DNA of 64,000 bases from Cyanophora paradoxa CCMP329 (lineage: Eukaryota > Plantae > Glaucophyta). The notes beneath the pieces were generated by a model. It made no database searches and was not told the origin of the DNA. It saw nothing but the letters and a program-made list of their open reading frames with translations. This document shows, piece by piece, positions 1 through 10,921 of the stretch (within the stretch, counting starts at the first letter, position 1; every line of letters begins with the position of its first letter). Location: the NCBI GenBank assembly GCA_004431415.1, contig QPMI01000102.1, positions 156,644-220,643 on the forward strand, written 5' to 3'. Both the position numbers and the translations under genes were made by a program.

Positions 1-1
1 G

Positions 2-607
2 GACCGTTACCCGGAGAGAGTACATGAGCGCGTCGGTGCTCGTAGCTACCCGAGCAGCTTCGAGCTCAGCCGTGTGGAACCGGGACCTGACCTGCAACTG
101 TCACTGGTTGAAGGCTACCCTGAGGGCCCGTACACCATCCGTATTCAACATCAGGAGGCGGTACTCCTCTCCAACCCCACGTTGTGGCACGCCACTGTTC
201 TCGACGCATTGTATTGGGCGTTGAAGCGTAAATACAACGGGGACAAATGGACGGATGCGGAGGATTGGCAGGCTCAGTGCCTGGCATACGGAATGACAAA
301 CCGCCTTCGACTGATCGACTCCCAGCCGAACACCCTAGTCCGGCTCTCCCTCGTCCGGGCGATCATGTACGGGGCCGACAAGATTCTCGGAATTTTCCAG
401 TACTGGAACAAGTCGAAGGAGAACCTACTTGCGGATCTTACACCCTGCGTACCGAACGATTACGTGAATCCAAGCACGGCAACCATCGACATTATGCAGG
501 CGTACAACGTCCCATTTCCCCCGATCGCTGGGGCTGAGGACACCACTCCCGGGATCGTCCAGAGTTGGGGCTTGGGGGTCGGCCGAGGTCGCCCTGAACG
601 GGGGTGA
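2..607 (+). CDS. 3' end of an unknown ORF, open from the window edge, convergent with the Gag-like ORF
   Basis: Frame is stop-free from base 2 (DRYPERVHE...) to TGA at 607. It is intronless, has C/G-ending codons and W/Y-rich globular-looking sequence. No motif recognised. Confidence 0.5.
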   Translation, partial: DRYPERVHERVGARSYPSSFELSRVEPGPDLQLSLVEGYPEGPYTIRIQHQEAVLLSNPTLWHATVLDALYWALKRKYNGDKWTDAEDWQAQCLAYGMTNRLRLIDSQPNTLVRLSLVRAIMYGADKILGIFQYWNKSKENLLADLTPCVPNDYVNPSTATIDIMQAYNVPFPPIAGAEDTTPGIVQSWGLGVGRGRPERG

Positions 608-840
608 AGGTGTCCGTTCCGGGGTCTCAGATGACGACGTCGGTGGTGTATCTTCCATCTTGTTCGCGATGGTCTGTACCCGGACTTGTCGTGGCTTGTA
701 TTTCCGCGTAGCGCTCGAGGCGGTCCTGTTCGCTTCGCGTCCCCGTGCTCGAGCGTAACCAGTAAGCGCCGCCGCCATGTAAGGACCTTTGCCCTCACCC
801 AAGGCGTAATCGGCGTCGTACGCCGTGTTCACGCTCGCCG

Positions 841-3800
841 TCAGATCCACGGATCCAGGCGCCGTTCGGGGTTTGGTTCCAGCTGGTCGTTGAGGCGCTC
901 GGCTCGGGCGTCGTTCCCGCTCGTACATAAGATCGATAAAGTTACGCTTGTCGTCGTCAGTCGGGTATGTCCATGAGGGGGCCAGGTTGTACTGGTCTCC
1001 AGCTGGGCTGCAATGAAGTCATATGACTCAGGGATGATCTTCATGGCTTCCTTATACTTCCGCTGCTCGTCCGGGTCGTAAATTCGGCGCAAGATGGCTG
1101 TGACTCGGATTGGATTGAAATACTCGTAGGCGGATCCGTGCTCGCCGATGCCGAAGTAAGGAATGGTGCAGCCACGGCTGTCTACCACTCCGGCCTCGTG
1201 AGACTGGTACGAGATGACCGTCGTTGGCTTCAACAGCCGCGGGGGATTGCGAGCTTCCTCAGGCCAGTGCTGCTGTGGTTGCGTCGTGAGGCTGACCAAT
1301 GGGCCGTGAGCCGGTGTCGGGGGTGCGCTGCGCGTGTCCCCGGTCCTGGTTGGAGTTCGAGTTGCCGTGCGTAGGGTCCCGTAGTTGAACCGCTGGTTGG
1401 GTCGCGTGCTGGACCATTCTGTGTTGGCGTGGACTCTGTACGCACGTACGTCGAACGGCTCCATGTTAAGGTTGATGAAGCGGTCGTAAACATTGGCATA
1501 GCCATGCTTGCAGGCGAGCTGGCTCTCGGGCCACCAAGCGAGCGCTTCCATGATGATTGCATTGAACGTCTCCTCGGCTCGAGTTGTTACTCTCCGGTCC
1601 AAGGGGCCGTCCGGGCCCACAGGCGTCGGATGGGGTACAAGCCTGTCACCTCGGCGTCTGGGTAGTTGCAATAAGACACGAGTGGGTACTTGCCACACGT
1701 CCCACAGTTCATAGTCATCTCGACGCGAGTGCTGGTGAACTGTCCGTCGGGGTTGTAAAGGTGCCGTCGGTAAAATAACATGTTCAGCTGTTGGCAGTGG
1801 TGGTGACATGTGGCTGCGTGCCCTTGTGATGGCGCCGTTCGGGCGACTGGCGTTGCCGGGCATGGTCCGGGAAAGCCAACCGCCTCGCAGCGGATGTAGA
1901 TTTGCTGGGCGCCAGGGCTCACAAAGACGCTGTTCACCGTCTGTTTGGTAAAGAAGCTATCGCCTCCAAACATGTTATAGTCACCATTGCTTCCGGCCCG
2001 GAATCGCTGCCGCAGGATGCTGACAGCGTCCGTGGTCAGGCATTTAGCTTGGCTTCGCATGTAGCTCATGGAAGGTTTCGCGTTGCGACTCCGGTTCCGA
2101 GTTGCGAGCATCCATTTGACAGAGGAGTTCGTCGGCTCTGGCACGAGCGAGTTCCGTGGGTACGTTTCCAGATAAGCGTCAAGAACTGCTTGAGCTATCG
2201 TGGGGTACGTCGTGGGGGGCATCATGGTGACGATCCATGTGAGTGCCGCCGTTGGGCTGCAGTTGTAGAGTTCCCAAAGATCAACGTTTTCTCGCCGTGT
2301 GCGATTATGTACTGATTCGGCCCATCCTCGTATCAGTGATACTTGTTCTGAAGTCCATTGGGTACCGCGGTCCAATGGCATTTCAAGTGATGTCGGAGGA
2401 GGCTGGGCTACCCCGTCAGCTATTGCTGGTGTGGGTGTCGAGTGTGGTGGAGGCGGGACATGTACTGCGCCGGCCGTGGTCGGGGCAGGTACTGAGTCTC
2501 GCGCAGTAGGGACGGTGATCGCGCCGGCCGTGGCCGGGGCGGGTGTAATATCTCGTGTCGTAGGAACTGGTACTGCGCCGGCCGTGGCCGGGGCAAGTGT
2601 TCGTTCCAAGTTGTAGTTGTCGGATGGTCGGTCCCGCCGTGTCCAATTCACGGCCTGCTGCCATGCACCAGTGTTGATTGCATTGGCCGTCCGCTTCGCC
2701 CACTCATTGAGCAGTATGAGGTCAGCGGAGGTTGTGCGCCTGAGGATTGTAGCCCGGATAGCTGTCGTCAAATTAAGTCGATCTGTCAAGTCTGGGGGTT
2801 GCTGGACTGGATGTTCAGCTAACGTATCCCAGTGTTCGTGATCACGGTCACCACTGAGGGGTCGAGCGTCCGGTACGCAAGGTCGATCCATGTCAGTTCC
2901 CGCAACTGGGTTGCCGTTCCAGAATGCTTGCACTGCCGTGCGTTTAAGTAGTGTGATGTACTGAGGTCGGCCCGTGGCTGCGTTGGCTGGGTGGGCCTGG
3001 CCCAAGCTGCGAAGTGAATCCACAAGCGTCGTGAGATGCAAGTGGAGTGCACGGTCCGCCGGTCCGTTCGAAGGCTGCCGACTCTGACCGTGAATCTCGC
3101 GCGGTTCCAGTGCTCCGGCTGCCGACTGCTGGATTGTTATCGGCTTGCACCGGTCACAGCACTCGTGAATGAAAGTTGTCTCGCCGCCAACGTCACCGTG
3201 AGGCTCGTACTGAACCACGTCTGGGAATGTGGAAAGGTCGTTCTCCCCAGCCGTTTCCGCTAACGGGTGGTGTTGGCGTTGAGGTGCAGCTAATTTGTTG
3301 ACGTTGTAGTCAAGAGCGTGGTGAAAGATGGGCCGTACATGTTCGTGAGGGATAGGGTACCGATGAAGCATCGTTACGTCATCGACGTCGGTACTGCCGT
3401 TCTGCAGTGCCTGCTCTCTTGCACCCGCTGCTGTCGCACACAGTCCCGCACCCTTGTGTCCGAAGAGTATGGTAATGTGCTTCAGTTGGGGGCAATAGAG
3501 GACAGCGTCGATGAACGCCTGTCGGAAGTCGCAGCCAGGGAAGCCATGTGTGAACCATGCACTTCCGGGCACTTCGCGAAAGTAGACGGGGTTTGCGAGG
3601 CGTCGTCTGTGCATGTAGCCCAGTACTTCTCGTAGGTACGTCGTGAGCGGCCCTACGTACTCAGCGATACATTCGGCCGGCTCCACGATCTGGTTCACCG
3701 TAGGCGAGATGACCGGTGTTGCGTGCTCCACTACCGGCTTCTGCGCCGTCGAGGCAACGGGTGGCTGGCCGTCATGAGCCTTTGCCGTCGAGACGTTTGT

Positions 3801-6521
3801 GGTCTTGCCCCCTTTGCTGGTAAGTGCCGCCTTCGTTGCCGCGATCTCGAGACCGAGGTTGGCGGCCCGCGCCGTAACGTCCTGCAGCGTCTTTACCAGA
3901 GGCCCTTGGAGGTGTTCAGCGCACGTGTCCGTGTTCCAGCAGGTCTTTGTCGCGTTCTTGTCGACTTCGATCCGCCGTACTGGGATTGCCGCGGCTTGTG
4001 TAATTGCAGAGATACGTTCCCGAATGAAGCCAAATTTGGTTGTATACTTGTTGCTCTTGGGGCGGGTTGGGGTGGCAGCTCGCGCTCCAAGGTTGGCCAT
4101 TTTAGCCAGTGCTCTGTTGACCTTGTCGAGGACGGTCGATGTCACTGCCGACACTCGTACTTCTTCTCGCTGCAAGTCGTATAGAGCTTGTGTTACGTTA
4201 ACAGGTCTGGGCTGGAAGTGTGGTTTAGTAGCCCGCGTTCTAGCTTCTTGCACCAGTTCTGCGATTTGCTGTTCCGTAGGCGTGGAGGTAGGTGCTGGCG
4301 CCGACGTCGTGGTCGGGGCTGGCACTTCTCCCATTGGAACTGGCTGTGCGACGTGTACCGGCACAGTTTGCAAGACTGGTGTCTCCACTGGGTTCGTCGG
4401 CGCCGGCATCGTGGCCGGGGCCTGCGTTGCAGTGGTTGGCACTGTCGGCGTGTGTAATGAAGCCGTAGTTCCAGGTGGGCCCACGGGCGCCGGCGTCGTG
4501 GCCGGGGTCTGTGGTACACCTGTTGTGAGGGGCGTAGTGGTGTCAGACGGGCACGTAGGCGCCGGCGTCGTGGCCGGGGTCTTTGGTGCGTCCGTCGTCG
4601 TTGTAGGATTGTCATTGGCAGTGATGCCGAGGGGGGGGCGCGATGAAGGTCCTCCACCACCGCTGCGACCGCCGCCTCGTCCGCCACCTCGTCCACCGCG
4701 GCCACCACGGTCACCGCGACCCCAGGGGTAGGTGTCCTTATTACCGCCTCCTGCGCCGCCACCGCCGTCACGGTTGCCGTTCCGGGGGCAGTTTGCTTGG
4801 AGGTGTTCAGTTGAGTTACAAAGTCGGCACTTCTTGGGTTGAGTGCATTCCGATTGGCGATGTCCGTAACCTTGACAGTTAAAGCATTGGAGGTTCGACG
4901 TCGGGTTAGCCGCTGCATTTTGCGTGGGCTGCGTCGGCGCCGTCTGTCCGTTTGAGCCAGTGGGAATCTTGCAGGTTTCTGCCGCCATTCGTACAATTGG
5001 GTTGTTGTCGCCGCTCTGGATCATCTCCAGTAGCTTATACCGGTAGTCATGCCGTGGGCATTCCAGGTAATCGTCAGCGTAATGGTGGCGTTCGGCCGGC
5101 GGTAAATTGTCAGGGCACCGCCAGCAGTAGAAGTCGTGGTTGGTACCGCGGTGTTTAGGCTTCTCTGCTCGGTGGTAACCTTCCCGTTGTTTAATTGCAG
5201 TAATCTTCTCAACGCGCGGGTAATTGTAATTGGGTTTCCCCGTCTGCTTCTTGTCGTTGGCCGGTGCAGGTATAGCTGCCGTGTATGCCGAGTTCGGGTT
5301 CGGTTGTCCGGAGCTTGGATGAGTGTAAACCGCGGACGCCCCGAGGGGTGCCCGGCTTGAACTCTTCCTACGCTTCGAATGTCCCGAGCTGGAGTCAGAG
5401 CCGTCAGAGTCGTCTGAGCTCTGCGATTGCCGTCGTGCACGTTGCTCCCGTCGTTGTTCCCGGCGCTGTTCCCGCTCGACTCGAGAGATCTTCTTGGAAG
5501 ACTTAGCCTCCCAGTCGATGCCGAGCGGACCTCGACGAAGAGGCCAGGTGGTATAGCGGCGAAGGCGTCGGTCATGAAAGAAGCAAGCTTCATTTCCCTG
5601 AAGTCTGCTGAAGCGTCGTCCTCGGGTTCGTGTTCGAGGGCGATCCGCTTCAATTCAGGTATCTTGTCGCGGGCGTTCAGGAAGTTACGGTACCGGTTGT
5701 GACCCTCCTGGGTGTTCATGTTGGTGTAAGATCCCCACTGTGCCCAGCGCGTCGGTTGATCTGGCTCTCCAGCGTCTTCACAATGTCGATGGGCTTCATC
5801 TTCTGTCCGTCTGGGAGGAGGGTCGAGGATGGGAGTAAGTCGTGTACGGCCTTCAGCGCGTCGGGTAAAGGACTGCCGTCGTAAGGTGACTTGAGGCGCG
5901 TGTCCAAGGCCTCACTCTCCTCGGGGCTAATCTTGCTGATGAGGAATCGCATGTATGAGGGGAGGCCCTTGATCGTGCCAGGTTGATCGAGCGCGGCTTC
6001 AGCGCTCTCAAGTTCGGCGTTGGCCTTCTTAAGGCGTTCCAGTAACCGCTGCCCGTTGAAGCTCTGCCTCTCCGTCTTGCTCATGGCCAAGATGCGCTTG
6101 CCGAGCTCCTGGCATCTCTCGTCGGCCGCCTCCTTGGCGTTGACCTTGACAGCGGTGCCTTGCACAAGGGTCGATACGATGGACCTGAGGCCTGCCGACA
6201 GGGCTTGCAGTAGAACAAGGAGGAGGGCGAGGCTCTTCTGAGAGCCGTCGTTCTCGGTCGAGTACTTCTTGGGGTCCGATGCAGCAATGGCGCGGCCGTC
6301 GTTGATATGAGTAATGACGCCCTCAGGTTTGAGGGGCTGGCCGGGGCTGGTGGCGATGAGCCCTCCGCAATCTTCACGCGCGTCGGGGGCTCTGCGTCGA
6401 CTCCGCCGCGTAGCTGCGAGGACTCCGCACGGTTGGTCGCCGCAATCTCAGCCGAGTCGCCGTACGCGTGCGTCGGCACCGGGTTCCGGATGCGGGAGCC
6501 GCCGTGCTCGTCGCGGTTCAT
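841..6521 (-). CDS. gag: Gag-like polyprotein with nucleocapsid zinc knuckles and a long unknown C-terminal extension; broken by frameshifts
   Basis: Abutting ORFs 5716..6165, 5021..5719, 1587..5024 and 841..1863. CFNCQGYGHRQSEC and CRLCNSTEHLQANC (Cx2Cx4Hx4C) lie at ~4790-4886, followed by an RGG-rich tract. A helical, charged region upstream fits a capsid. The start is a guess (MNRDEH at 6521). Confidence 0.7.
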
Positions 6522-6574
6522 GTTGACGTTGATGGTCTCTGAGTGATTTCGAAGACCGTCGGTGAACGGAGCGC

Positions 6575-7040
6575 AGCCGCTGCGTGAGCGGGTGTGATCT
6601 GAAGTAAGATGTACGGTGGTGATGGTCCTGAGAGCTGAGGTGCTCCGTAGACCGGCGACGAAGTCGAGGATGATCTTCTGAGCGGGGTGCTCTGAAGATC
6701 GACGACGCACAGATCTCAGCCGCTACGTGAGCGGGTGTGATCTGTAAAAATAGATGACGGGGTGGATGATCTTCTGAGCTGAGGTGCTCTGAAGATCGAC
6801 GACGCACAGATCTCAGCCGCTACGTGAGCGGGTGTGATCTGTAAAAATAGATGACGGGGTGGATGATCTTCTGAGCTGAGGTGCTCTGAAGATCGACGAC
6901 GCACAGATCTCAGCCGCTACGTGAGCGGGTGCGATCCGTACAAGTTGACGAGGGGGTTGACGGTGACCTTCTGAGCGGGGTGCTCTGAAGATCGACGTAC
7001 AGATTTCAGCCGCTACGTGAGCGGGTGCGATCCGTACAGG
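6575..7040. repeat. 97-bp tandem repeat (~4.5 copies) in the retroelement leader
   Basis: CAGCCGCTACGTGAGCGGGTG recurs at 6717, 6814, 6911 and 7007 (period 97/97/96), with a degenerate copy at 6575. Confidence 0.95.
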
Positions 7041-7697
7041 TTGCTCGTTTACGTCCTGCGTGTCACGTACGCGGCGTATGCCGGTGTGTCCGTAACGTAC
7101 CGCGTCGCGATCGCGGCCGCCGTGTGGCCGACTACGAGGGCGAGGGCAGTCGAGCAGTCACTGCGTGTCGTTGGCCGAGCTGCTGACAGTGTTGTCAACA
7201 GCTGCGGAGCTCTCAGCGCGCGTGCACGAGCACGACGATCGCGACGAGAGTACGACACGACAGCGACAGCAACGTGCAGTGCAGATCGCGCACCGATACA
7301 CGTTGCCCTTTAGGCGTAACGAGCCGCAAGTCACGGGTCGCTACACGTAAAGGTCGAGTGATTTCGCCTCACTCTCTCCTGCACTGGGGCAGCGAGCCGC
7401 AAGACACGGGTCACTGCCTGCAGCGAGTGTTCGTTCCCGCACGTGTCCTGCGTAGAGCAAGGCACGCCGCGCGACAAGTTTGGCGAAGGGACAAGGAAGT
7501 CAGCTCCGTCAGTTAGGTCGTGCTCCGGCCGGTCGGCGCGTCCAGCGGGCACGCGGTCGTGTAGTCTAGCACGTCCGTCGAGGGTGACGCACTCTCCTCC
7601 CGCGGGTTCACGCCGGGTGGCGGCGGGTCGTTGTCGAACCGCCGTCAGGCCAGCGATCGTCCCGGCGAGGGTCAAATAGGCTTAGTTAGTGTCCCAA

Positions 7698-8048
7698 TGT
7701 GATCCCAGCCCCATGCCTAGGCAGCAGGCGCGCAGGCGTAGCACGAACGGGTCGCAGCTGGGCTTCTTACAGGACTGAGGGGGTATCGAACAACGTAGGG
7801 GGGGGTACCGAATCTGTCTACGAACCGGCAACGCCGGAGGAGTCCTAGGCACTGCGGAGGTACCGGCAAGTCTATGAGCTATTGAGAAGTGCTACAGCCT
7901 CAGCCCGCGCACTAGCACTATACTACAGAGTGGCTCGAAGGCCTGAATGCAAGCTAAACTACAGTGGCAACAGGATTTTATTAATTGCAAAGAGATAAAT
8001 ACGTAGCTATAGACAGAGCAATCAATATATAGAGTTCAAAGTCGCACA
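7698..8048 (-). repeat. Candidate 5' LTR
   Basis: TGTG...CACA termini. On the - strand there is a TATA-like motif (~8025), AATAAA (~7980), and TGG one base beyond the inner end, where a PBS would start. No second copy is present to confirm it. Confidence 0.25.
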
Positions 8049-8270
8049 TGTCCATGTACATCGTTGAACGTCGCACTTAAGCTTTTCTGCGGTTTTGCCT
8101 CCTCCGGATTCGTGCTCAATTGCATTTGCGTATGCTCGCGTTCATAATGCGATGTTGATAAGCATAAGGCCGTAGATGCCTCGCAACCGTTTGAGCGCTC
8201 CGCATCTGCAGCTGACGCCTCGAGCTCCGGATCCGGATCCTGGCAGAGAACTCATTAAACATGTCGAACT

Positions 8271-9415
8271 TCAAAGGATGCAAAATTCGCGAACCTGCCG
8301 GTTATTATTGTACGCGAAGTCACGGGGGAAGGGCGGCGTCCAAGGGCAGGAGCCCCCGCGCAGGCCGAGCGGCTCGAGAATCGGGCGGGGCACGAAGTAC
8401 TGAAGCACGTAGAGGCGGCCGATGTCAAAGTGGGAGAGGCGAGGCGTCTCCTGTCGTTGGGTCCTGGATGTGCTCGGCACGAATGGCGGCAGAGCGGAGA
8501 CGCGACGGGACTCCCGATCCACGTTAATCAGCTGCACCTCCATCTGCAAAGCATACGCAGCGGCCCAGAAAGTCTCCACTAGAGGTCCGTCAGCACGCAG
8601 AAAAACGAGATCCAGATCGAGCTATAAACTTGAAAGAAACTCGGCGCAGGATTTATAATTAAATGCGCACCGGTGCTTTCATTGATTTCTGGGTGTGTGT
8701 AAACGCGCCGCGGGGGTAGTCGCATAATGAGCCGCTGTAACGTGTCAAGCACAGCCTTTTCGTAGAAGTTATCATCCTCAAGGCGCGTCCGGTTCAGACG
8801 GTATCCCGCTTCCGCAAACGTCCACTCGTCGGCGACTTCGAGCACCTGAAGAAACCGATTCCACGTAGGCCTCCAGTCGTCGACGTCCGTATTCAGGTCC
8901 AAGAGCTCCTGACTGAGAAACTGGAATGTGAATTTGCGATCGAAGCGCGTCGACGTTAATTATATAATGAACAACGTTCAAGCTTAAGCGTACTACGGTA
9001 AGGCGCACAAGGGCCGAATGCGAATGAAGTGCCTCTGGAGGGCGCGCGCGCCTTCCTCGTCCGCGAAGTCAGAGAGAAGATAGGGCGGCTCAGGCCCGAG
9101 GAACTCGCGTTCCGTGGAGCGCCGCCGCAAGTGGAGGCGGCGCTGCTCCTCGGTGAGGCTGCTCACGACGCCTTCGAGCTTGGTAGGCGTCCCGTCGCCG
9201 CTGGGGCTGCGCATGCGCGTCTGGGCGAGCCACGCCATGTCCTTCGCGCTGGGTTTGATATTGCCTTCCGGCCACGGCATGCGGGGCCCTTGGCACTCGA
9301 GCTCGATACTGGGCTGCAGCTGGTCCGCCGCGGCGCTGGCGGGGTGCCCGCTGGCTGCAATAAAAGTCGCCAGTGCAAGCCCCAAGATAAATTTTGCAAG
9401 CCACTGCGAAGCCAT
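8271..9415 (-). CDS. Spliced gene for an unknown secreted protein
   Basis: ATG at 9415 with a signal peptide (MASQWLAKFILGLALATFIAASGHPASA). Further coding exons at ~8670-8910 and ~8300-8580 are separated by short GT-AG introns. The 3' end is uncertain. Confidence 0.6.
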
Positions 9416-9739
9416 GAGACCGACTGCGAAGCCTGAAGCTGAATATTAAATATTGGCGCGGATAGGAATTTCGACGAGAGAAATCCAGGTGATGTGCAGA
9501 CCTCGCAATGCACGCATTCGATTTCCTCCACCTGCAGCTGCTTACGCATGCGATCAGCATGGGAATTTGAGTGCAATAGCGGGTCGATCCGCGCAATGCG
9601 CGCGATCGCGACGTACCGCTATCGCGATCGATGCGCTCTCGGTCGCGGGCGCTCGCGCGCGGCGCGTCAGCGCTTGAGCTCGACAGCTCTTGCAGTATTG
9701 GAATGCGCTCCGAGGTTCTTAAAAAATTGCCTGCTTTGG

Positions 9740-10215
9740 AGCTTGTTTGATATAATCTTCTTCTGCTTAATTAATATTAGCTCTTCGAATTCTAGCCTAC
9801 GTATATACGCGATAACGACTAGATCTCCTCAAGATCCATGCAAGATCCTTCAATTCGACCCGATCCCCTCTTCGGGAAACTCCCGGTCCGGTTCCCCCCC
9901 TTGAAACTTCCTTGAGCTCTCTCCTCTCGACCCTTGCGATTTAGCTGCGAATGCGCTCGAGCTCTAGCTTGCTTGCCTTGAGCTTGTTCTATATACCCTT
10001 CTTCAAGGCTTCTGCTTTATTAATATTAGCTCTTCTAGCCTCGCGGATCCTCCTATATATATATGGTCTGCTGGCAGCGTTTAATTCGCGGATCCTCCTT
10101 CAATTCCGATCCTCCTTCAGTTCCTCAATTTCCGGGTCCCCCCGCCCCCCCCCCCTCCCCCTCCCCCCCTTGAAACCTCCTCGAGCTCTCTCCTCTCGCC
10201 CCCTTGCGATTTACC
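9740..10215. repeat. Imperfect tandem duplication of ~250-270 bp (2 copies), intergenic
   Basis: TTCTGCT.AATATTAGCTCTTC...CCTTCAATTC...CCCCTTGAAAC.TCCT.GAGCTCTCTCCTCTCG.CCCTTGCGATTTA at ~9761-9943 and ~10010-10213. Confidence 0.8.
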
Positions 10216-10450
10216 TTGCTCTCCGTCCGGATTCGGGAGGCTTTCGTGCTCAATTGCCCTTCGATTTCCCGATCTAATTATTTTTTGTTGTCTAAGCCAC
10301 TGGGCCAGTTGTTGCGCGCGCACGTCACGACCTCACACGGCGTGATTATCACGTTTAATTTCGCGATGTGCACATATCAAGAAAAAAAGGTCTACGTGCA
10401 CATACGCTGCGCTCAATGAATGGCTTCGAAAGAAAGAGCCGCGATCATGA

Positions 10451-10880
10451 TCAGGCCCGGGCCTCCGGGGCGCCCACGAGGGGCTCGAGGAGGCGGCGGA
10501 GCGTCCGCGCCGCCACCCGCTGCGCGAATCCCGACGCGATCTGCCGCCCCGCGCGCTTCAGTAAACTTGACATGCCTAAAATCGCGTCTTAAGGTCTCAA
10601 GGCCTCTTTTAAGGAGCGCGGGGACGTCCTGCGGACCTGCTCGCCCATCTCGCGGGCCTCGGGGCGGCGAGCGAGGGCGGCGAGGCGCAGCGCCGCCTCC
10701 CGCAGCGCCGCCAGCTGCTCCGGCGAGAGCAGCGGCGCGGCGGCGGGGAAGGCGGCGGAGGAGGAGGAGGAGGAAGAGGCGGAGGCGGAGGCGGGGGGGA
10801 GGAGGGAGGGCGGGAGGCCACCGCGCTGCGGGCGAGCGAGGGAGGGGCGGTCAGGGACGGGAGGGGGGCGGAGCGGGGAT

Positions 10881-10921
<41 letters not shown>

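Larger units (their letters stand above)
425..8048 (-). mobile_element. Large LTR-retrotransposon-like element, 5' portion (leader repeats plus Gag-like polyprotein); no pol in the window
   Basis: Intronless ORF chain with two CCHC zinc knuckles, tandem leader repeats at 6575-7040, and a candidate LTR-like segment at 7698-8048. Boundaries are approximate. Confidence 0.65.

Noticed and set aside
6690-7000. CTGAAGA in the 97-bp repeats as a hammerhead ribozyme core
   Set aside because: No stem II followed by GAAA and no matching cleavage-site geometry.
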